NCBI GenBank assembly: GCA_017455185.1 | Contig: JAFTBN010000021.1 | Coordinates: forward strand, 21,897-85,896 | Source of the DNA: Clostridia bacterium | GTDB taxonomy: Bacteria; Bacillota; Clostridia; Oscillospirales; CAG-272 | Reading direction: 5' to 3' | Length of the DNA stretch: 64,000 nucleotides | In this document: one piece after another, positions 26,550-35,255 of the stretch | How the letters are laid out: the number at the start of each line of letters is the position of its first letter | Position numbering within the stretch: the stretch's first letter is position 1 | Notes under the pieces: generated by a model | Database searches by the model: none | The model's input: the letters and a program-made list of their open reading frames with translations, nothing else | Told to the model about the DNA's origin: nothing | Position numbers and translations under genes: made by a program

Positions 26550-28772
26550 TCATTCCTCAAGGGCAGTTTCGACCTCGATGTGATTATCTCCTCCGTGCAG
26601 TTTCCACTCCCTGCCCTCATAACGCAGCACCGCGTTGGCGGCCTGAGGAACGTCAATGTGGAACTGGATGCCGGATCCTTCCCGGGTCCACTTAACTTTG
26701 ATCATTCCGGTCGGGACATTGATGGCTCCCTCGGCGAAATCCATGGCTTCGGGCAGACACGGGCTGATGATGACCGAGGTATACCCGCAGGTTCCGGGTG
26801 TTTGGGCGATACCCAGAATTCCCTGGAACAGATATTTGGCACAGGCGCCGAACATCGGATGGTCATTGGAAAATCCCGGCTCGGCCATGTACTCCCAGAA
26901 AGTCGTGGCGCCATGATTCTTCTGATACAGGAATGTTCCTTTTTCGTCGTTGTTCAGAATCCGGTAAGCCAGATCCCACTGCCCGTATCGGAACAGCACG
27001 TTCAGAAGCAGATTTGTACCCAGAAAACCGGCGTCAATAACCGGATTTTTCGTATACTTCGCCACCAGATTTTCCAGAGTCCTCCCATCCGGGGCAATAT
27101 TCAGGTCCAGCGCGAACGCGTCCGCGGCATGAAACCCGTCGCAGAAACTCCCGCTTTGCGGATCGTAATACTTTTCAAGAATGGCGGCGTGTATTTTTGC
27201 GGTCAGATCTTCATAGTAGCGCGCATCCTCCTCCTTGCCCAGCACCCGGGCCATACCGGTCAGATGCCTGAGCTCGCGCGCGAAAAGGCAGGAATTGACA
27301 TAAGGTTCGGGGAGTTCCACGTGTTTTCCCTGCTCGTTGGGCATGCCGGCCCAGTCTCCCAGGCACCAGCCGCCCTCTTCCTCCGAAACAACCAGATCAT
27401 CCCGGCTGTGATGGACCATATATTGGACGAACAGTTTCATTTTCGGATAGGCTTTTTTCAGCATATCCCGGTCGCCATAGCGCCGCCAATACCGATAGGA
27501 TACCTCCACGATGGCTCCGCCCCAGCCGGCAGGTCCTCCGCCTCCGCCCTGATACGGCGCGGTATGCGGAACGTGTCCGGTAACGGGATCCTGGGCGTCC
27601 AGAATATCCTGAAGCCACTTTTTATAGAAGTATTTTCCCTCGAAGAGGAGCATGGCCGCCTCGCAGCTGACCTGCCCGTCTCCGGTGTAACCGAGCCGCT
27701 CGCGGTGCGGACAGTCCGAAGGCACTCCGGCGTGCATGTTGTTCAGTTGAGTCCGCTGGAATGTCTGATACAGATAGTTCAGTCCCTCGCTGTCGCTCCG
27801 GAAGTACGCGTTGCGCGGCATCTGCGCGTGAACGATGGCCACCAGAGGCTTTCCTTCGCCTTCCACACTGAAATACCGGAACGCGTGCCAGACAAACCGG
27901 GGAATAAAGGTGCGGGCCGTTCCGTCGCAGATAAAGACATCCTCCTGAATCTGCTTACGCCCCGACGAACAGGTATGATTCCCGCCCGACGAGCCGAAGG
28001 ACAGGGTCTTGTCCTCGTTGATGTTTTCCGCAAACTGCAGCTTGATCACCGTTCCGGCCGGAGCGGTTGTGTGAATGATGGGGATGGCGGAGACATTTTC
28101 TCCCACATCGTAAATGGTGCGGTCTTCCAGCTCGGCCACTTTATCCGGCAGGATGGTTTGCTGGATACGGTCGGCGGGACACGTCTGTCTGGTCAGTTCC
28201 CCGTCCGGTTTTTTACACAGTTTCACAGGATAATAGTCCGGCTTTTCATGAGAAATCCTCGCGTCGTGCACCTCGCCCACGAACAGCTGGCTGTACGTGA
28301 TGAAACTGCGGCGATAACGCTCGGTTCCGTCCGAATGGACTTCCATGTCCCCATTCTCGCTCTGCACTTCGACCGAGAAAAGCGTCATCAGCCTGTCTCC
28401 GTACATCAGTACGCCCTCGGCAATTCTCTCCTTCTGGCGGAACCACCCGTCGCCCAGCATAACCTCAAGCAGATTTCGGCCCTCCCTGATGTAAGGAAGC
28501 AGATCGTATTCAAGATAATACACTCTGTGGTGGGCGTGATCCCGCACAGGAAAGACGGCCCGGCTGAAATCCCGGTCCATATAGTCCGAATAACAGGGGA
28601 TCATCATATCCTCTGTAATCAGATGCCCGTTGAGATAGCACTGGAAGAAACCCAGACCGGTTATCTCGATTTTCGCCTTTTTGATTTTTCCGCCCTCGCA
28701 GAAAAACTCCTTTTCCACAATCGGCAGTTCGGGTTCCGGTCCGCAGCAGATCCACTTTGCTTTTTTTATCAT
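26550..28772 (-). CDS. glycoside hydrolase family 78 (alpha-L-rhamnosidase-like), no signal peptide
   Basis: 740 aa with the GH78-type motif GVPSDCPHRERLGYTGDGQV and a six-hairpin C-terminal region. Its ATG overlaps the murC stop (ATGA at 28769-28772). Confidence 0.85.
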   Translation of the reverse strand: MIKKAKWICCGPEPELPIVEKEFFCEGGKIKKAKIEITGLGFFQCYLNGHLITEDMMIPCYSDYMDRDFSRAVFPVRDHAHHRVYYLEYDLLPYIREGRNLLEVMLGDGWFRQKERIAEGVLMYGDRLMTLFSVEVQSENGDMEVHSDGTERYRRSFITYSQLFVGEVHDARISHEKPDYYPVKLCKKPDGELTRQTCPADRIQQTILPDKVAELEDRTIYDVGENVSAIPIIHTTAPAGTVIKLQFAENINEDKTLSFGSSGGNHTCSSGRKQIQEDVFICDGTARTFIPRFVWHAFRYFSVEGEGKPLVAIVHAQMPRNAYFRSDSEGLNYLYQTFQRTQLNNMHAGVPSDCPHRERLGYTGDGQVSCEAAMLLFEGKYFYKKWLQDILDAQDPVTGHVPHTAPYQGGGGGPAGWGGAIVEVSYRYWRRYGDRDMLKKAYPKMKLFVQYMVHHSRDDLVVSEEEGGWCLGDWAGMPNEQGKHVELPEPYVNSCLFARELRHLTGMARVLGKEEDARYYEDLTAKIHAAILEKYYDPQSGSFCDGFHAADAFALDLNIAPDGRTLENLVAKYTKNPVIDAGFLGTNLLLNVLFRYGQWDLAYRILNNDEKGTFLYQKNHGATTFWEYMAEPGFSNDHPMFGACAKYLFQGILGIAQTPGTCGYTSVIISPCLPEAMDFAEGAINVPTGMIKVKWTREGSGIQFHIDVPQAANAVLRYEGREWKLHGGDNHIEVETALEE

Positions 28773-30211
28773 GTCCCTATTCCTCCCGGTTCCTGTTCCT
28801 TCTCATCCAAAGGCAGTATTTTGAAAATGTCCTCAATGTTTCCGGCGCCCATGATGACAATGACATCCCCCTTTGAAGGAAGGGTGGACAGACACTCCGC
28901 GATCTTGTCCCTGGTTCCGGGATACATTCCCTTCTGACCCAGCGACCGGGCCACCATTTCGGACGTTACCCCGTATACGTTGTCCTCCCTGGCCGCGTAC
29001 ACGTCGTCCATCATCACCACGTCGGCCACAGACAGCGCATCCACGAAATCCGGATACAGCTGATGGAGCCGGCTGTATGTATGAGGCTGGAATACGCAAA
29101 AGATCCGATTGAATCCCATCTGGGAAATGCCGTTCAGTGTGGCCCTGATCTCGGTCGGATGATGACCGTAATCGTCGTATACCGGGATGCCCCGCAGAGT
29201 TCCTTTGTATTCCATTCTGCGCACGGCACCGCTGAATCGCTCAAGAGCCTGCACGATCGGTTCCTTGTCTATTCCGCAGCTGTCCGCGACCGCATAGGCC
29301 GCCAGGGCGTTGTAGATGTTGTGTCTCCCCGGGACCGAGAGCTGCACATGAGCGACCACTCCGCCGTGCTTTTCAACGTCGAAAGCCGGATACCCCCCGA
29401 CGAATCGGTCCCCAACGGCCCGGTAATCCAGGTCCGGTCCGAATCCGAAGCGGAGCACCGTCCCCGGAAAGTCCGCTGCGCTCTCGTTGACGTCCTCGTC
29501 GTCCCCGTTGATTACGGCAATGCCTTTTCGTCCTTCCCGGCAGGTCAGATGCATGAAGGAGCGAAAACTCTGTCTGACCTGTTCCATATCCCTGAAGAAA
29601 TCAACGTGCTCGTATTCCTCGTTGAGCACGACCGCCACGGTCGGGGAAAAGTCCAGGAACGAATCGTAATACTCGCATGCCTCAAACACGAAATGCTCCT
29701 CGTTTTTCCCGATGTGGCAGGCTCCGTCCATCCGCTTGAATTCCGCCCCGGAAATGATGGTCGGATCCTCGCCGGCGTCTATGAAAATCTGGGAAATCAT
29801 CGACGTGCACGTACTCTTTCCGTGGGTTCCGGAAACGCCGATACGGGACCGGAATGAACTCATCAGATACCCCAGATAGTCCGCCCGGCTGATCAGCGGA
29901 ATGCCCCGGCGGACGGCCTCTTCGTATTCCGGATTGTCCTCGGGAATCGCCACCGTATAGACGGCGGCTTCGTATCCCCTCAGATGCTCCTTTGCGTGTC
30001 CGATAAACACTTCGATTCCCTCTTCACTCAGACGGCGGGTCATTTCGGACGAGACACGGTCGGATCCTCCTACCTTCAGCCCCTTCCGATGCGCCAGTCT
30101 GGCAAGAGAAGACATACTGATGCCGCCTATTCCGATAAAGAAGATGCTGCCAACGTCACATAGCATTTTACGGATTGCTTCACTGCCAAAATGCGTATTT
30201 GGTGTAGCCAT
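28769..30211 (-). CDS. murC: UDP-N-acetylmuramate--L-alanine ligase
   Basis: 480 aa. N-terminal Rossmann motif FIGIGGISMSSLA and Mur ligase P-loop GTHGKSTCTSM. AGGAG SD. Confidence 0.95.
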   Translation of the reverse strand: MATPNTHFGSEAIRKMLCDVGSIFFIGIGGISMSSLARLAHRKGLKVGGSDRVSSEMTRRLSEEGIEVFIGHAKEHLRGYEAAVYTVAIPEDNPEYEEAVRRGIPLISRADYLGYLMSSFRSRIGVSGTHGKSTCTSMISQIFIDAGEDPTIISGAEFKRMDGACHIGKNEEHFVFEACEYYDSFLDFSPTVAVVLNEEYEHVDFFRDMEQVRQSFRSFMHLTCREGRKGIAVINGDDEDVNESAADFPGTVLRFGFGPDLDYRAVGDRFVGGYPAFDVEKHGGVVAHVQLSVPGRHNIYNALAAYAVADSCGIDKEPIVQALERFSGAVRRMEYKGTLRGIPVYDDYGHHPTEIRATLNGISQMGFNRIFCVFQPHTYSRLHQLYPDFVDALSVADVVMMDDVYAAREDNVYGVTSEMVARSLGQKGMYPGTRDKIAECLSTLPSKGDVIVIMGAGNIEDIFKILPLDEKEQEPGGIGT

Positions 30212-30328
30212 ACTATCTCCTTTCTGTATTTTATGCTAAAATTCACACATTCAACACATATCTTTTTATATTTGCACACATTTTTTCGCTACATTAATAC
30301 CATCCAAAAGAAAACGGAGATTCCGAAA

Positions 30329-30730
30329 GTGAAAATCACATCTATCAAAATCAGAAAATTCTTTGCAGAAGGAACCATGCGTGCCATTCTATCCGTCACG
30401 TTTGACGATGAACTGGTTATCCATGATATCAAAATCATTCAGCCCCGCGGAAAATGCTTTTTGGTGATGCCCGTTCACAAAGACAAGACCAACGCCTACC
30501 GCGACATTGTTCACCCGGTCAATTCGGATTTCAGGAACTACCTCGAGAATGTGGTGCTGCACGCAGTCAACCGTGCCGTTGCCGAATTCGACACCGAGCA
30601 AACCATTGAACCGCTTCCGGTAGAAGCCCCGCTGTCCTACTCGCTGGACGGCATTCAGGTAGATTGCAGCCAGGCTGTCATCTCCCATTTCTCAGGCTCG
30701 TCCGAAGACAGCACCGATACGGATTTCTGA
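30329..30730 (+). CDS. spoVG: SpoVG family septation/RNA-binding protein with acidic C-terminal extension
   Basis: GTG start at 30329 (VKITSIKIRKF...), with ACGGAGA 8 nt upstream. The SpoVG core is MRAILSVTFDDELVIHDIKII...FLVMPVHKDKTNAYRDIVHPVNSDFR. The longer ORF from 30191 overlaps the murC start and has no SD. Confidence 0.85.
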   Translation: MKITSIKIRKFFAEGTMRAILSVTFDDELVIHDIKIIQPRGKCFLVMPVHKDKTNAYRDIVHPVNSDFRNYLENVVLHAVNRAVAEFDTEQTIEPLPVEAPLSYSLDGIQVDCSQAVISHFSGSSEDSTDTDF

Positions 30731-30758
30731 TCCGGAACAGGCTCCGAAAGGGGCCTTT

Positions 30759-31268
30759 TTACAATTTACCCAATCCGATGAGCGGCACCCCGTCCCGGAT
30801 GGTCAGAGTAGCAAAACTGCCGTCATCCCCGATGCTGCCCGGATTGCACAGCCAAACCGATCCTCCGTCCTGCCGCTGCAGCCTGAACTCGTTCTGTATA
30901 TGCGTATGTCCGTACAGGACGATGTCCGCCCGCTCTCTTTCCGCTTCGCGCACCAGTGCCCCGGTTCCGCCCTTGACACCGAACCGATGACCGTGCGTCA
31001 TCCAGACCGAAAGGCCGCCCAGCCGATGGCATCTTTCCTCGGGCGCCAAGGATCCGTCGGGCAGCAGCCGATGAAAATCACAGTTGCCGCTCACCGCATA
31101 GATGGTCACATACGGAAACTCGGCCGAAAACGCAAACAGGTCGGAAAGACCGTCTCCCAGAAAGAGCAGCGCGTCAGGCGTGCGGATTTGCCGTTTCCAG
31201 ACCTGAATCAGGGCAGTCGGGTGCCGGTGCGAATCGGAAGCAATCAAAAAGAACAATTCATCTGCCAT
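30759..31268 (-). CDS. YfcE/MJ0936-type metallophosphoesterase
   Basis: 169 aa with the ordered phosphoesterase motifs SDSHRH, GDGLSD, GNCD, THGH and GHTH. Confidence 0.85.
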   Translation of the reverse strand: MADELFFLIASDSHRHPTALIQVWKRQIRTPDALLFLGDGLSDLFAFSAEFPYVTIYAVSGNCDFHRLLPDGSLAPEERCHRLGGLSVWMTHGHRFGVKGGTGALVREAERERADIVLYGHTHIQNEFRLQRQDGGSVWLCNPGSIGDDGSFATLTIRDGVPLIGLGKL

Positions 31269-31338
31269 TGACCTGTTTCCGTCCGCTTTCCGCCGGGTTT
31301 CCCCGGCTTTTTTATTGATAGGAAAAACCGGCGGTTCC

Positions 31339-31367
31339 TTGACAAGAACCCTGCCGGAGAATAAAAT
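31339..31367 (+). promoter_or_regulatory. candidate promoter of the nitroreductase-FtsX-ABC operon
   Basis: TTGACA (31339-31344), 17-nt spacer, TAAAAT (31362-31367). Confidence 0.6.
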
Positions 31368-31370
31368 TAA

Positions 31371-31386
31371 TCTTGTAATCTTGTAA
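31371..31386 (+). repeat. perfect tandem 8-mer TCTTGTAA x2 at the predicted transcription start
   Basis: TCTTGTAATCTTGTAA read directly. Sits immediately 3' of the -10 element. Confidence 0.9.
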
Positions 31387-31462
31387 AGAGTATATCACAC
31401 TTTTCAAACATTGTCCACGATTTCAGGGACAAAAGCCGAGCAAAAAAAGAGAGGATCGACCT

Positions 31463-31975
31463 ATGGATTTTTTGAGTCTTTGCCGCAATCGATATTCCGC
31501 GCGTCAGCTGTCTCCCGAGCCCGTGCCCGAGGAAATGGTCAACCGGATTCTGGAGGCCGGAAGGCTTGCCCCTTCCGCCATGAATTACCAGCCGGTCCGG
31601 ATTCTTTGCATCCGTTCCGAGGAAAAAATGAATCTGTTCCGTCAGACCGTGCATCCCTGCTTCGGCGCGTCCATGGTTCTGGTGGTCTGTGCCGACAAGG
31701 AAGTGGCCTGCCATTCGGAGAGGGTTCATCACAATCTGGCCGAAATGGACGCAACCATCGCGGCCACCCACATGATGCTGGAAGCAACCTCGCTCGGGCT
31801 CGGATGCACCTGGGTCTGTGCCTTTCAGTATGAGGGACTTCGTCAGTCTTTTCCTTTGCCCGACAGCTGGGAACCCTATATGATTCTTCCCATCGGATAC
31901 AAAGACGCCTCCTGCGCACCGTCGCCCAGGCACGAACAGCGCAACCCCATCTCCTCGATGGTCACATTTCTGTAA
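31463..31975 (+). CDS. nitroreductase family protein
   Basis: 170 aa with the family N-terminus CRNRYSARQLSPEPVPEEMVNRILEAGRLAPSAMNYQP. Confidence 0.9.
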   Translation: MDFLSLCRNRYSARQLSPEPVPEEMVNRILEAGRLAPSAMNYQPVRILCIRSEEKMNLFRQTVHPCFGASMVLVVCADKEVACHSERVHHNLAEMDATIAATHMMLEATSLGLGCTWVCAFQYEGLRQSFPLPDSWEPYMILPIGYKDASCAPSPRHEQRNPISSMVTFL

Positions 31976-31986
31976 ACCGAACCTGT

Positions 31987-34287
31987 ATGATTTCCCAACT
32001 TATCTCGCGGCTGAAAGTATCCCTTCGGACCGTCATTCTGGAATGGAAAGGCTTTTTGTTTTTCTACATTGCCCTGTTCCTGATCCAACTGGTCCTCGGA
32101 TTCACCCTCTATACCGTTCACATCCGGAAAAACTACGCCAAAGAGGTCATCGAAGCCAATTACAACTACCATCTGACCGTAGAAGGGCTGAACTCCCTTC
32201 AGGCCAATGAGCTTGAAAATCTTCTGATTGTCGGCAAGACAACAGGCGACAAAATGTTTTCGGACTATACGGTTCAGACCTGGGCGGACGGAAGTTCGGT
32301 GTTCCGGGTCCGGCTCAATGCCCCGCTCAAGACCTCCTTTTCCAATTTCCGTTACAAATATCTCAGGGACTTTTCGGACGCAACCATTACGCCCTCTCCG
32401 CTTTATAACTACAAATCCGTTTACGCCTTTTCCATCGTGCGCTCCGGCGTCGGGCTGTCTTTGCTGATCGGCGCCTTCTCTTTCCTCGTTTTATGGCAGC
32501 TGTTCCGAAACGATTTGCAGCACAGGCGGTACCAATACGCCCTGTATATGTCCTGCGGCGCGGGATTCCCGCGGCTGTTTTCCATCGCGGTATCCCACCT
32601 GCTGGCCGTTTCCCTGATCACGTTCCTGCCCGCCCTGGCAGGCTCCACGTTCCTGGCGCTGACCGTATTCCGCATCACCGAGCACTATTTTTCCTTCTCC
32701 CTGTGGATTGTCCTTTGGATGTTTGTCCTGAGCATGGCCATCATCTGTCCCGCGGTTCTGCTCCCGGTCAGGCGGCTCTCCAAAAAACCGCCGATTGAAT
32801 TGATGCGCAGCCAGAACAACGCCGGCTGGGTCACTCCTCCGCGCCGTTCCTCCCGAGCCTTTTTGCGAAAGAAAATCCGTTTCGCCTCTTTTACGAAGCT
32901 GTCTATGTGGCGCTTCCGGAAATATTTCATCTCGCTTCTGCTCTCCGCCATTCTGTTCAGTTCCGCCTTTCTGGCCGGTCTGACGGCAACCGAACTCAAA
33001 GCCGTGGCGGACAGCACCACGGGACCTGACGTATCCCTTTCCCTTTCGGCGGATCCGACCAGAAAAATGTCTCAAACCACCGCAAAAGGCTACCGGGAAG
33101 CCGTAGACGAAATTACAACCGCCATTCTTTCCTATGACCACGTCCGGGACGTGGACTGGAACGCGGAGACCTTCGCTTCTTCCACAATGGCCCATCTGAA
33201 TCTTCCGTCCGGGCACGCCGTATACGCGGACGGCCTGATTTCTCCTTCTGAGGAAGCGGCCGGTTACCCCATCGCCTTCAACCGGTTCCGCATGATCGGA
33301 GCCTCCGAGGCCTGGATTTCCCGTCTGAGCCGGACCGCAGGGGAAAAACTGCAGGGAGATCCCTCAACAGTCCTGAGCGAACCCTTGGACGTGATCATCA
33401 CCGAATCCATAGCGGGAAAACAGGCCCTGTCCTTCCGACCGGGCGATACGCTGGTTCTGGCTTACGTCCAGCTGGACAAAAAAGGCAATCCGATTCTCAA
33501 AGAAGGGGCGGATAAGATTTCCACCGACACCATACTCTTCACGGGCGAGTCCGAACTTTTGCAGCTGCAGATGGAAACGTACGAGTTCTTTTATCTGACT
33601 CTGCGCGTGGCTGCCGTGATTCATGACCATTCCACGGATCAGTATATTTCCCTTGCGATGCATCCCGATACGTACCTGACCGTCACCGGGGCACAGCCGT
33701 TTGCCACATCCGTCTCGGTTTACATGGACGAAAGTTCAAATCTGTCGGATGTGGATCTTCTTCAATCCGAAATCCGCAACCTGCTTTCCTATTACAACAA
33801 CTGGAGCGTAGACGAGACCAACGCAGGACTGGAACGCGTTCTGGCCAATCCGACCGGGACAAGGCTTCTGCTCCTGACCGTCTGCATCGTTCTGCTCCTT
33901 TTCACCCCGCTTGTCTGGTTCTTCTCCCAATGGCTTTTCCACAAGAACCGTGTCCTGGAGTGGTCGCTTCTGCACGCTCAGGGTGTACAGGTCAAAGCCA
34001 TCCGGACGAATCACATCAAGGAAGGAATCATCCTGGCCCTTGTATCCACCCTGTTTTCTCTCGGGCTGGGCATCGGCCTGAGTTATCTGATGTTCTGGCT
34101 GCAGACCGTCGTCCTTCCCGCCTGGAACTTTACCGAAAAAATTCAAGTGGAATTCAGCCTTTCCTGGCCCTATGTTCTGCTTTGCGTCCTTCTCTCGGTC
34201 GTATGCGCCGTCCTTTCCACCTACATCCCGTTCCGGTTCAATCGGAGCAAATGGCAGAAGATCCGCATCCGCGACGACCAGCACTGA
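31987..34287 (+). CDS. FtsX-like ABC transporter permease (two FtsX modules)
   Basis: 766 aa. Multiple TM clusters are separated by large extracytoplasmic loops. Sits immediately upstream of a MacB/LolD-type ATPase gene. Confidence 0.8.
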   Translation: MISQLISRLKVSLRTVILEWKGFLFFYIALFLIQLVLGFTLYTVHIRKNYAKEVIEANYNYHLTVEGLNSLQANELENLLIVGKTTGDKMFSDYTVQTWADGSSVFRVRLNAPLKTSFSNFRYKYLRDFSDATITPSPLYNYKSVYAFSIVRSGVGLSLLIGAFSFLVLWQLFRNDLQHRRYQYALYMSCGAGFPRLFSIAVSHLLAVSLITFLPALAGSTFLALTVFRITEHYFSFSLWIVLWMFVLSMAIICPAVLLPVRRLSKKPPIELMRSQNNAGWVTPPRRSSRAFLRKKIRFASFTKLSMWRFRKYFISLLLSAILFSSAFLAGLTATELKAVADSTTGPDVSLSLSADPTRKMSQTTAKGYREAVDEITTAILSYDHVRDVDWNAETFASSTMAHLNLPSGHAVYADGLISPSEEAAGYPIAFNRFRMIGASEAWISRLSRTAGEKLQGDPSTVLSEPLDVIITESIAGKQALSFRPGDTLVLAYVQLDKKGNPILKEGADKISTDTILFTGESELLQLQMETYEFFYLTLRVAAVIHDHSTDQYISLAMHPDTYLTVTGAQPFATSVSVYMDESSNLSDVDLLQSEIRNLLSYYNNWSVDETNAGLERVLANPTGTRLLLLTVCIVLLLFTPLVWFFSQWLFHKNRVLEWSLLHAQGVQVKAIRTNHIKEGIILALVSTLFSLGLGIGLSYLMFWLQTVVLPAWNFTEKIQVEFSLSWPYVLLCVLLSVVCAVLSTYIPFRFNRSKWQKIRIRDDQH

Positions 34288-34299
34288 CAAGGAGTCTCT

Positions 34300-34995
34300 A
34301 TGGAAACCAACAACAACGAAAGACTATTGCTTGAAACCGTAAACGTCATCAAGCAGTTCCGCCAGTCCGACACGGTCGTCACGGCGGTCAACCGAGCCAA
34401 CCTGAAAGTATACGAGGGACAGTTCACCTGTATCATCGGAGCTTCCGGTTCAGGGAAAAGCACCCTTTTGCACATGTGCGCCGGGCTGGATACGCCGAAC
34501 AACGGCCAGATTATCATCCGCGGTCATAATCTGACCAACATGAAGCCAGACGAATTGGCCCGCTTCCGTGGGGAGCACATCGGCATTGTGTTTCAGAGTC
34601 ACAATCTGCTGCCTCAGCTGACCGCCCTGGAAAACATCCTTCTTCCCATGACCATCCAGCGCAAGAGCCGCTCCTCCTATGAGAACCTTCTGGACAAACT
34701 GGTCACCACCCTGGGTCTTACAGACCGGCTCAATCACCTGCCCAGCGAACTCTCGGGCGGCCAGCAGCAGCGCGTCGCCATCGCCAGAGCCCTGATCAAC
34801 CTGCCGCAGATCGTATTCGCGGACGAGCCGACCGGAAATCTGGATAGGGCCAACGCGGACGAAGTCATGCGGTTGCTCCTGCAGACCCGGAAGGAAATCG
34901 GGATGATGCTGGTCATGGTCACCCACGACACATCCCTGGTGCAGCACGCCGATTCGGTTTTCCGCATGGAAAACGGCGAGCTGACTCCCGTATAA
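34300..34995 (+). CDS. ABC transporter ATP-binding protein (MacB/LolD-type)
   Basis: 231 aa. Walker A GASGSGKST, signature LSGGQQQRVAIARAL and Walker B VFADEPTGNLD. Confidence 0.95.
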   Translation: METNNNERLLLETVNVIKQFRQSDTVVTAVNRANLKVYEGQFTCIIGASGSGKSTLLHMCAGLDTPNNGQIIIRGHNLTNMKPDELARFRGEHIGIVFQSHNLLPQLTALENILLPMTIQRKSRSSYENLLDKLVTTLGLTDRLNHLPSELSGGQQQRVAIARALINLPQIVFADEPTGNLDRANADEVMRLLLQTRKEIGMMLVMVTHDTSLVQHADSVFRMENGELTPV

Positions 34996-35009
34996 CAAAA
35001 AAGCATAGC

Positions 35010-35046
35010 AAAAGCAGGGCTGATTGTTTTGGCTCTGCTTTTTTAC
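35010..35046 (+). terminator. intrinsic terminator after the ABC ATPase gene
   Basis: AGCAGGGC (35013-35020) pairs with GCTCTGCT (35032-35039) with one G-U pair, followed by a T6 run. Confidence 0.7.
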
Positions 35047-35159
35047 TCCAAGCCGCAGGATTCCCCCGTTTTTTCCCTCTGCCCGCCCCCCTTTTCCGGG
35101 TCTTGCTTTTTCTTTTCCGTTTTCTTTCACTTTTTCTCTCCGAAAGCCCATTTTTTGTA

Positions 35160-35188
35160 TTGAAAAATGACAAAAAAGGAAGTATAAT
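35160..35188 (+). promoter_or_regulatory. candidate pckG promoter
   Basis: TTGAAA (35160-35165), 17-nt spacer, TATAAT (35183-35188). Confidence 0.7.
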
Positions 35189-35255
35189 GTATAAGGCGAA
35201 AGATGTGCTCGCCCTATAATTTGTATAAAAAATGGTTCATAATAAGGAGAAAAGT

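Noticed and set aside
26499-28937. An 812-aa plus-strand ORF
   Set aside because: It is antisense to the GH78 gene and the murC 3' end. It has no recognisable motifs, biased Arg/Gly/Pro composition and no SD.
34919-35173. An 84-aa Lys/Arg-rich minus-strand ORF
   Set aside because: It is an artefact of translating the purine-rich complement of the polypyrimidine tract. It has no SD and overlaps the ABC gene's 3' end and terminator.
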